Source: Octopus sinensis (taxonomy: Eukaryota). From it: DNA of 64,000 bases. Position 1 is the stretch's first letter. The number at the start of each line of letters is the position of its first letter. The notes beneath the pieces were generated by a model. The model ran no database searches. It was not told the DNA's origin and saw nothing but the letters and a program-made list of their open reading frames with translations. The DNA lies in contig NC_043023.1 of the NCBI RefSeq assembly GCF_006345805.1, forward strand, positions 13,702,001-13,766,000, written 5' to 3'. The position numbers and the translations under genes were made by a program. Shown here piece by piece: positions 1 to 9,173 of this stretch.

Positions 1-56
1 TTCATTTTTTTCTGGGGGTTTTTCCCTTCTTTTTATGTCTTGTGTCAAATCTAAGG

Positions 57-2770
57 CCACAGACTTTACCTTTCATTGTTGTGGGGTTGATAAAATATAG
101 CAGTGATATACTGGGGTAGATTTAATATTCCTATAAAACACCCAAGGTGTCAATGGAATTATAATAGAAGACTAATACTAACTTTACCTTTCATTGTTGT
201 GGGGTTGATAAAATAAAGTAGCAGTGATATACTGGGGTAGATTTAATATTCCTATAAAACATCCAAGATGTAATGGAATTATAATAGAAGACTAACACTA
301 ACTTTACCTTTCATTGTTGTGGGGTGATAAAATAAAGTTGCAGTGATATACTGGGGTAGATTTAATATTCCTATAAAAATCCAAGATGTCAATGGAATTA
401 TAATAGAAGACTAACACTAACTTACCTTTCATTGTTGTGGGGTTGATAAAATAAAGTTGCAGTGATATACTGGGGTAGATTTAATATTCCTATAAAACAT
501 CAAGATGTCAATGGAATTATAATAGAAGACTAACACTAACTTACCTTTCATTGTTGTGGGGTTGATAAAATAAAGTAGCAGTGATATACTGGGGTAGATT
601 TAATATTCCTATAAAACATCCAAGATGTCAATGGAATATAATAGAAGACTGACACTAACTTTACCTTTCATTGTTGTGGGGTTGATAAAATAAAGTGCAG
701 TGATATACTGGGGTAGATTTAATATTCCATAAAACATCCAAGATGTCAATGGAATTATAATAGAAGACTAACACTAACTTTACCTTTCATTGTTGTGGGG
801 TTGATAAAAAAAGTAGCAGTGATATACTGGGGTAGATTTAATATTCCTATAAAACATCCAAGATGTCAATGGAATTATAATAGAAGACTAACACTAACTT
901 TACTTTCATTGTTGTGGGGTTGATAAAATAAAGTAGCAGTGATATACTGGGGTTAGATTTAATATTCCTATAAAACATCCAAGATGTCAATGGAATTATA
1001 ATAGAAGACTAACACTAACTTTACCTTTCATTGTTGTGGGGTTGATAAAATAAAGTAGCAGTGATATACTGGGGTTAGATTTAATATTCCTATAAAACAT
1101 TCAAGATGTCAATGGAATTATAATAGAAGACTGACACTAACTTTACCTTTCATTGTTGTGGGGTTGATAAAATAAAGTAGCAGTGATATACTGGGGTAGA
1201 TTTAATATTCCTATAAAACATCCAAGATGTCAATGGAATTATAATAGAAGACTGACACTAACTTTACCTTTCATTGTTGTGGGGTTGATAAAATAAAGTA
1301 GCAGTGATATACTGGGGTAGATTTAATATTCTATAAAACATCAAGATGTCAATGGAATTATAATAGAAGACGACACTAACTTTACCTTTCATTGTTGTGG
1401 GGTTGATAAAATAAAGTAGCAGTGATATACTGGGGTAGATTTAATATTCCTATAAAACATCCAAGATGTCAATGGAATTATAATAGAAGACTGACACTAA
1501 CTTTACCTTTCATTGTTGTGGGGTTGATAAAATAAAGTAGCAGTGATATACTGGGGTAGATTTAATATTCCTATAAAACATTCAAGATGTCAATGGAATT
1601 ATAATAGAAGACTGACACTAACTTACCTTTCATTGTTGTGGGGTGATAAAATAAAGTAGCAGTGATATACTGGGGTAGATTTAATATTCCTATAAAACAT
1701 TCAAGATGTCATGGAATTATAATAGAAGACTGACACTAACTTTACCTTTCATTGTTGTGGGGTTGATAAAATAAAGTAGCAGTGATATACTGGGGTAGAT
1801 TTAATATTCCTATAAAACATCCAAGATGTCAATGGAATTATAATAGAAGACTGACACTAACTTTACCTTTCATTGTTGTGGGGTTGATAAAATAAAGTAG
1901 CAGTGATATACTGGGGTAGATTTAATATTCCTATAAAACATCCAAGATGTCAATGGAATTATAATAGAAGACTGACACTAACTTACCTTTCATTGTTGTG
2001 GGGTTGATAAAATAAAGTAGCAGTGATATACTGGGGTAGATTTAATATTCCTATAAAACATCCAAGATGTCAATGGAATTATAATAGAGACTAACACTAA
2101 CTTTACCTTTCATTGTTGTGGGGTTGATAAAATAAAGTAGCAGTGATATACTGGGGTAGATTTAATATTCCTATAAAACATTCAAGATGTCAATGGAATT
2201 ATAATAGAAGACTGACACTAACTTTACCTTTCATTGTTGTGGGGTTGATAAAATAAAGTAGCAGTGATATACTGGGGTAGATTTAATATTCCTATAAAAC
2301 ATTCAAGATGTCAATGGAATTATAATAGAAGACTGACACTAACTTTACCTTTCATTGTTGTGGGGTTGATAAAATAAAGTAGCAGTGATATACTGGGGTA
2401 GATTTAATATTCCTATAAAACATCCAAGATGTCAATGGAATTATAATAGAAGACTGACACTAACTTTACCTTTCATTGTTGTGGGGTTGATAAAATAAAG
2501 TAGCAGTGATATACTGGGGTAGATTTAATATTCCTATAAAACATTCAAGATGTCAATGGAATTATAATAGAAGACTGACACTAACTTTACCTTTCATTGT
2601 TGTGGGGTTGATAAAATAAAGTAGCAGTGATATACTGGGGTAGATTTAATATTCCTATAAAGCATCCGAGATGTCAATGGAATTATAATAGAAGACTAAC
2701 ACTAACTTTACCTTTCATTGTTGTGGGGTTGATAAAATAAAGTAGCAGTGATATACTGGTGTAGATTTAA
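57..2770 (+). repeat. Satellite array, ~22.5 copies of a ~120-bp unit derived from a SINE core
   Basis: Unit ACTTTACCTTTCATTGTTGTGGGGTTGATAAAATAAAGTAGCAGTGATATACTGGGGTAGATTTAATATTCC... recurs every ~119-121 bp. Its first ~70 nt align by eye with the SINE core GACTTTGCCTTTCATCCTTTCGGGGTCGATAAATTAAGTACCAGT...CTGGGGTCGAT present many times in this window. Confidence 0.95.
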
Positions 2771-2819
2771 TATATAAAGGCACAAAGAATGAAATTTTGG
2801 TGGAGGGGACTAGTTGATC

Positions 2820-2982
2820 ATGTCAACCCCAGTGTTTCACAGGTACTTTATTCATTGACCCTGAAAGGATCAAAGGAAAAGTTGACCTTGATAGAATTTG
2901 AACTCAGAACATTAAGACGGGTGAAATGCCGCTAAGCATTTTGCCCGGTGTACTAACGATTCTGCTAGCTCGCCACCTTACA
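2820..2982 (-). mobile_element. SINE copy (GACTTTGCCTTTCATCC core family), inverted relative to the adjacent satellite
   Basis: Reverse complement reads TAAGGTGGCGAGCTAGCAGAATCGTTAG...AAATGCTTAGCGGCATTTC...GTTCTGAGTTCAAATTC...TTTCAGGGTCAATGAATAAAGTACC, matching the forward copies at 7060, 19815 and 21092. Confidence 0.85.
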
Positions 2983-2984
2983 CC

Positions 2985-4182
2985 AGCTTAATGATAAAAC
3001 TATTTTACTAAATTCTTCATTAATTTCAAAATTAATTTAAACAATGGCAGTGTATTTCAACAAAAATATGGTAACAAAACGGTTAAAGTATTCTAAATTA
3101 AAACTTTCAATCAAAATTTCCTGTTAATTAATGCTCCAAAAACCAGATCAATAATGACACTTATTTTATTAAATTCTTCATTAATTTCAAAATTAATTGT
3201 AACAAAGTCAATGTCTTTCAACAGAAATATACTAAGAAAATGGTTAAAGTGGTCTAAATTAAAACTTTCAATCAAAATTTCTTGTTAATTTATGTTAATT
3301 TATGCTCCAAACACCAGCTTAATAAAGACAGTTATTTTACTAAATTCTTCATTAATTTCAAAATTAATTTAAACAAAGTCAGTGTCTTTCAACAGAAATA
3401 TGCTAAGAAAAGGATTAATGTGTTCTAAATTAAAACTTTCAATCAAAATTTCCTGTTAATTAATGCTCCAAAAACCAGATCAATAATGACACTTATTTTA
3501 TTAAATTCTTCATTAATTTCAAAATTAATTTAAACAAAGTCAGTGTCTTTCGACAGAAATATGCTAAGAAAAGGGTTAAAGTGGTCTAAATTAAAACTTT
3601 CAATCAAAATTTCTTGTTAATTTATGTTAATTTATGCTCCAAACACCAGCTTAATAAAGACAGTTATTTTACTAAATTCTTCATTAATTTCAAAATTAAT
3701 TTAAACAAAGTCAGTGTCTTTCAACAGAAATATGCTAAGAAAAGGATTAATGTGTTCTAAATTAAAACTTTCAATCAAAATTTCCTGTTAATTAATGCTC
3801 CAAAAACCAGATCAATAATGACACTTATTTTATTAAATTCTTCATTAATTTCAAAATTAATTTAAACAAAGTCAGTGTCTTTCGACAGAAATATGCTAAG
3901 AAAAGGGTTAAAGTGTTCTAAATTAAAACTTTCAATCAAAATTTCTTGTTAATTTATGTTAATTTATGCTTCAGACACCAGTTTAATAATGACAGTTATT
4001 TTACTAAATTCTTCATTAATTTCAAAATTAATTACAACAAAGTCAGTGTATTTCAACAGAAATATGCTAAGAAAAGGGTTAAAGTGGTCTAAATTAAAAC
4101 TTTCAATCAAAATTTCTTCTTAATTTATGTTAATTTATGTTCCAAACACCAGTTTAATAATGACTAAGTTATTTTACTAAAC
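2985..4182. repeat. Tandem array of ~7 units alternating ~162 bp (A) and ~171 bp (B), derived from a MITE-related repeat
   Basis: Anchor TTATTTTA(C/T)TAAATTCTTCATTAATTTC recurs at ~3002, 3161, 3332, 3494, 3664, 3825, 3995 and 4167. Units contain CAACAGAAATATGCTAAGAAAAGGGTTAA, shared with the piggyBac-type MITE end. A solo related copy lies at ~49670-49825. Confidence 0.9.
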
Positions 4183-4256
4183 CTGATAAGAAAAGAGTTC
4201 AGTTATGCAAATGAGCTATATTTTGATCAATACAGTCCTGTATTGTTGTATTGCAG

Positions 4257-4516
4257 CCAATAATGATGGGAGCCCAGTGCAGAATGTCGGGCGATATTCT
4301 TTGACCAGGAAGGGAAAAGGTTACCAATCTTCATACACACGGAAGCCAGGATTTGGCAGTGAGAGATCAAACCTGAACAACAGCAGTGGAGGCAGCTATC
4401 ACAGTCACAAAAGACATTCGGCATCAGGGTCTCAGCATCAGGAAGATAACACTTTGGGCACATCTCCACAGGACCAGCTTCTCTCTGGGAACAGCACCCA
4501 GGCAAATCTTCTTGGG
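4257..4516 (+). CDS. Internal coding exon (first visible) of a large low-complexity/disordered protein gene; upstream exons lie outside the window
   Basis: Acceptor TTGTATTGCAG|, donor GGG|GTATGT. Open frame ANNDGSPVQNVGRYSLTRK...QANLLG enters in phase 1 and exits in phase 0, matching the next exon. Confidence 0.8.
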
Positions 4517-4761
4517 GTATGTAGAGTTGTTGTTGTTGATGTTTGTTTGTTTGCTTGTTGAGTGAAGCGGTCTTCATCCCAGAGCTCTGTAGTGGGAGAA
4601 GTCCGAAATGTGGTCCTTTGCTATTCATAAGACAGGAAAATTGTTTGTGTTTAAATGTAAATGGAAATTCCATTTCTTGAGATACATGTGGTATTCTTGG
4701 GATTAGCAGAGTTGATCCTGTTTAAGGACCAGAAGCAACCTCATACATATGTACACACAGA

Positions 4762-4960
4762 CATCATCATCATCATTGTCGTTTAACGTCCGTTTTCCTT
4801 GCTAGCATGGGTTGGACGGTTTGACCAGGGGCAGGGAAGCCAGGAGGCTGCACCAGGCTCCAATCTGATCTGGCAGTATTTCTACAGCTGGATGCCCTTC
4901 CTAACGCCAACCACTCCGTGAGTGTAGTGGGTGCTTTTTACATACCAGCGGCACAGGTGC
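4762..4960 (+). mobile_element. SINE-like repeat (CATCATCATCGTTTAACGTCC...GCTAGCATGGGTTGGACGG family)
   Basis: The same sequence recurs at ~25166, ~59018 and, degenerate, at 16335 and 39200-39350 (reverse). Confidence 0.85.
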
Positions 4961-5615
4961 CAGGGGAGGCTGGCAACGGCTACGATCGGTTGGTGCTTTT
5001 TACGTGCCACCTGCACGGGAGCCAGTCAAGGCGGCGCTGGCATCGGCCACAATCGGTTGGTGCTTTTTACGTGCCACCTGCACGGGAGCCAGTCAAGGTG
5101 GTGCTGGCATCGGCCACGATCGGTTGGTGCTTTTTACGTGCCACCTGCACGGGAGCCAGTCAAGGTGGTGCTGGCATCGGCCACGATCGGTTGGTGCTTT
5201 TTACGTGCCACATGCATGGGAGCCAGTCAAGGTGGTGCTGGCATCGGCCACGATCGGTTGGTGCTTTTTACGTGCCACATGCATGGGAGCCAGTCAAGGT
5301 GGTGCTGGCATCGGCCACGATCAGTTGGTGCTTTTTACGTGCCACATGCATGGGAGCCAGTCAAGGTGGTGCTGGCATCGGCCACGATCGGTTGGTGCTT
5401 TTTTACGTGCCACATGCATGGAGCCAGTCAAGGTGGTGCTGGCATCGGCCACGATCGGTTGGTGCTTTTTACGTGCCACATGCATGGGAGCCAGTCAAGG
5501 TGGTGCTGGCATCGGCCACGATCGGTTGGTGCTTTTTACGTGCCACATGCATGGGAGCCAGTCAAGGTGGTGCTGGCATCGGCCACGATCGGATGGTGCT
5601 TTTTTCATGCCACCA
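4960..5615 (+). repeat. Minisatellite, ~10 copies of a 67-bp unit expanded from the tail of the preceding SINE
   Basis: Unit GTGCCACATGCATGGGAGCCAGTCAAGGTGGTGCTGGCATCGGCCACGATCGGTTGGTGCTTTTTAC, 67-bp period. The three overlapping repetitive ORFs in the track are a by-product. Confidence 0.95.
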
Positions 5616-5746
5616 GCAGAGGTATCACAACTACAAGTTCCATTTGTATTTTTTGATGTTGATGTTCTTGACTCAAATACATATACATACATATATACAC
5701 AGACATATACATACATATATATTGTTATATGCGTATATTTTTGCAG

Positions 5747-6411
5747 CTCCCACAAGCGTTTGGGAAAAGCAGTCGAAGTTTCCAGTGGAAAAAACCTGGT
5801 TCTCATCACTACAGCAACCTACGAAGCGGTCGACGTCGTGGGGCCGGCAGGAACACAGAGTACAGAGACGGGGCCGATGCTGAGGGCAATGAATGCGGGG
5901 ACAACGATACAGATAGCTTACCTGCCCATGATCCAGATGGCGATGGTGATGTGGTGGAGAAGTCTCGTGTCGAGGCCAAAAGCTCTGGCCAGTCACAGCA
6001 ACAGAAGAGGAGGACGGCAGCGACGGCGGTCAGTCAAAATCAGAAAGATTCGAAGACGCACCCGGCGTCGGGGCCGGCTGTGGGTCCGACTCAGAAAGAG
6101 GCCAAAGCAAACCAGTCGTCATCGTCGTCGTCTTCGGCGCTTGGTCGAAATCAGAAAGACGCTAAGGTGACCCAGAGGTCATCGGCAACGGACGGGGTAA
6201 GTCTGAATCAGAAGGATTCTAAGACGAACCAGAAGTCGGCAGACTCAAGCCAGAACCAAACAGAAGTGAAAGCTAACCATAAGGTGCCACCAACGAGTAA
6301 AGAGAGGGGCGTGTCTTCCCGCCGGGAATCGTCGATGGCGCACAGATCGAACTCAGGTATCAATAAGACGGACAGGGCCCAGAGTAGCACCAGTAAACCC
6401 ATTCGAGACAG
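5747..6411 (+). CDS. Internal coding exon, S/Q/K/T-rich disordered segment with NQK(D/E)(S/A)K repeats
   Basis: Acceptor TATTTTTGCAG| (phase 0), donor AG|GTAAGT (phase 2); 665 nt open (LPQAFGKSSRSFQWKKPG...SKPIRD). Confidence 0.85.
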
Positions 6412-6430
6412 GTAAGTGTTTATATTGTAT

Positions 6431-6652
6431 GAGGGTTTTGGTATGTGAAGGGTTTTGGTGTGTAAGGGTTTTGGTGTGAAGGGTTTTGGTGTGTGAGGGT
6501 TTTGGTGTGTGAAGGGTTTTGGTGTGTGAGGGTTTTGGTGTGTGAAGGGTTTTGGTGTGTAAGGGTTTTGGTGTGAAGGGTTTTGGTGTGTGAGGGTTTT
6601 GGTGTGTGAAGGGTTTTGGTGTGTGAAGGGTTTTGGTATGTGAGGGTTTTGG
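6431..6652 (+). repeat. G/T-rich minisatellite, 14 copies of ~16-bp AGGGTTTTGGTGTGTG
   Basis: Fourteen GGGTTTTGG cores counted directly, starting ~20 nt after the 6412 donor. Confidence 0.95.
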
Positions 6653-6779
6653 AAAGAAATGAAAGAGGCACAATCTGCTGGGTGTGTAGTGTTAGCGTGC
6701 ATGAGATTTCCAGCCTTTTCTCCAAGAAGTCATAGTACATCTGAGCACTGTGTGCAATAAACTTATTATTAATATTATT

Positions 6780-7022
6780 ACGATCGTGAGGTTGTGAGTT
6801 CGATTCCCAGACCGGGCTGTGCATTGTGTTCTTGAGCAAGACACTTTATTTCACATTGTTCCTGTTAACTCAGCTGTAGAAATAAGTTGTGACATCACTG
6901 GTACCAAGCTGTATCGGCCCCTTTGCCTTTCCCTTGGATAACATCACTGGGGGGAACACATACACCACAGAAACCGGCAAACTGGGCCCATGAGCCTGGC
7001 TAGGCTTGAAAAGGACGCATAA
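6780..7022 (+). mobile_element. tRNA-derived SINE with A-rich tail
   Basis: B-box-like GAGTTCGATTCC, core TTGAGCAAGACACTTTATTTCAC...CTCAGCTGTAGAAAT, ends in an oligo-A/TTA tail. Confidence 0.65.
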
Positions 7023-7289
7023 AAAAAATTTTTAATTATTATTATTATTATTATTATTTAGGCGGCAAGCTAGCAGAATCGTTAAAACACCAGGTGAAAT
7101 GCTTAGTGGTATTTCATCTGTCATTACATTCTGAGTTCAATTTCTGCCAGCGTCGACTTTGCCTTTCATCCTTTCGGGTCGATAAATTGAGTACCAGTGA
7201 AACATTGGGCTTGATTTTGAGTTCAAATTCTGCCATGGTTGATTTAGCCTTCCATCTTTTCGGGGTCGATAAACCAAATACCAGTTATG

Positions 7290-7890
7290 TTGTTTGTTAC
7301 TCCTCAAGCTACGCCTGGCTTATTTTCCTTGGCATATAGGTTCCCCACCTGGATGGGACGCCGGTCCATCGCAGGTGAGCTGCAAATTGCAGGAGGAAAG
7401 AGTGAGAGAAAGTTGTGGCGAAAGATTCAGCAGAAGTTTCGCCATTACCTTCTGCCAGAGCTGCATGGAGCTTAGGTGTTTCGCTCATAAACACAAACAT
7501 TGCCTGGTCTGAGATTCGAACCTGCAATCCTTCGACTGCGAGTCCGCTGCTCTAACCACTAGGCCATGTGCCTCCACATATACATTTGTTGTTGTTTGTT
7601 CCTTTTCAAGCGATGCCTGGCTCATAAGGGCCAGTTTCTCGGTTTCCTTGGCATATAGGTTCCCCACCTGGATGGGACGCTGGTCCGTCGCAGGTGAGCT
7701 GCAAGATGCAGGAGGAAAGAGTGAGAGAAAGTTGTGGCGAAAGAGTCAGCAGAAGTTTTGCCATTACCTTCTGCCGGAGTTGCGTGGAGCTTAGGTGTTT
7801 TGCTCATAAACACACACATTGCCCGGTCTGAGATTCGAACCCATGATCCTTCGATCACGAGTCCGCTGCTCTAACCACTAGGCCATGTGC
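7290..7890 (-). mobile_element. Two tandem tRNA-derived SINE copies
   Basis: Reverse complement head GCACATGGCCTAGTGGTTAGAGCAGCGGACTCG...GGTTCGAATCTCAGACC (Pol III A and B boxes) occurs twice (~7575 and ~7890), each followed by a near-identical ~250-bp body. Confidence 0.85.
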
Positions 7891-8190
7891 TACCACACCA
7901 GTTATGTATCGGGGTGTTGTGTGAGACTGTGGAGGCACAATCACGAGCTCGTGGCCCCAATCTAAAACCGGTTGACTTTGCCTTCCATCCTTTCGGGGTC
8001 AATAAACCAAGTACCAGTTATATACTGGGGTCAATATGGTTATTGTGGTGGTGCACCTGAATATATTGTGTTGTTGTGGCTGTGCCATTCGGAACGTGTT
8101 GTGTGAGACTGCGGAGGCACAGTCACAAGCTTGTGCCTCCAATCTAAAAGCCAGACGATGTCGTGATGTTCATTCCTTTTCCTCTTCCAG

Positions 8191-8463
8191 GTCTCCACAC
8201 AGAGACTGTCCGAGCAAACGTATGAGGACGACCTATGAGTCATCGACTCGCGGCGGCAGCAGCAGTAGGGGCCAATCGAAAACGAGTCGGGAGGCGGCGG
8301 CGGCGGCGCCCTTGTCCAGCGACACTTCTAAAGGTCATCGTCACACCGACGTGCAGCAGGGTCAGGACGGCCCCACCCAAAAGGAGGATGGCAGCGTCAC
8401 AGACTCCGTTTCCAATCTTATGAATAAATTAGACATGTTGGCCGCTCTCTCACAATTTGCCAA
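8191..8463 (+). CDS. Internal coding exon ending in a short predicted helix (SNLMNKLDMLAALSQFAK)
   Basis: Acceptor TTTTCCTCTTCCAG| (phase 2), donor AA|GTAAGT (phase 2); 273 nt open; phases match both neighbours. Confidence 0.9.
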
Positions 8464-8469
8464 GTAAGT

Positions 8470-9062
8470 CCCCTTCTCTCTCCTCCCTCTCTCTTGTTCT
8501 CTCTCTTTCTCTCTTGCTCTCTCTCCCTCTCTCTCCATTGTTCTCTCTCTTTCTCTCTGTCTTGTTCTCTCTCTCTCTCTCTGGCTCACTAACCCTCTCT
8601 CTGTCTCTCTCTCTCTTTCTCTGTCTGTCTCTCTTACTCTCTCTCTCACTCTCTCTCTCTGTCTCTCTCACTCTCTCTGTCTCTCTCACTCTCTCTGTCT
8701 CTCTCACTAAACTTCTCTCTCTCTGTCTCTTTCACTCTCTCTCTCTCACTAACCCTCTCTCTGTCTCTTATTCCCTTTCTCTTGCTCTCTCCCTCTCTCT
8801 CTCATTCTTGCTCTCTCTCCCCTCTCTCTCTCTTTCACTAACCCTCTCTCCCTCTCTTTCTTATTCCCTTTCTCTTGCTTTCTCCCTCGTACTCTCTCTC
8901 TTTCTCTCTGCCTTGTTCTCTCTCTCTCTTACTCTCCCTCCTTCTCTCTGTCTTTCTCTCTCTCTCTCTTATTCTCTCTCCTTCTCTCTGTCTTTCTCTC
9001 TCTCTCTCCCTTGCTCCCTCTGTATATATGTATGTATACACCACACACACACACACAAACAA
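8470..9062. repeat. (CT)n-rich degenerate microsatellite followed by (CA)n
   Basis: Direct inspection; fills most of the 8464-9173 intron. Confidence 0.95.
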
Positions 9063-9173
9063 CACTTCACCTAAAAAGACATTTTTTTAAAACCCCCTTT
9101 TGTTTCTTTATAAAGAAAATAATAAAATCCCTCATTGTGATCCCTATCTTTTTTCTACTTCTTACCTTTGTAG

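Noticed and set aside
4918-5883. Three long overlapping + strand ORFs with repeated peptides (GASQGGAGIGHDRLVLF...)
   Set aside because: They are translations of the stop-free 67-bp minisatellite inside an intron; no splice or phase support.
6431-6652. Telomere-like repeat
   Set aside because: The unit is ~16 bp (AGGGTTTTGGTGTGTG), not the metazoan TTAGGG; treated as an ordinary minisatellite.
7500-7890. tRNA-like sequences (A/B boxes) on the minus strand
   Set aside because: They are heads of SINEs that continue into a shared non-tRNA body; no complete cloverleaf or acceptor stem.
8362-9090. Leu/Ser-rich and Arg/Glu-rich ORFs
   Set aside because: Translations of the (CT)n/(AG)n intronic microsatellite.
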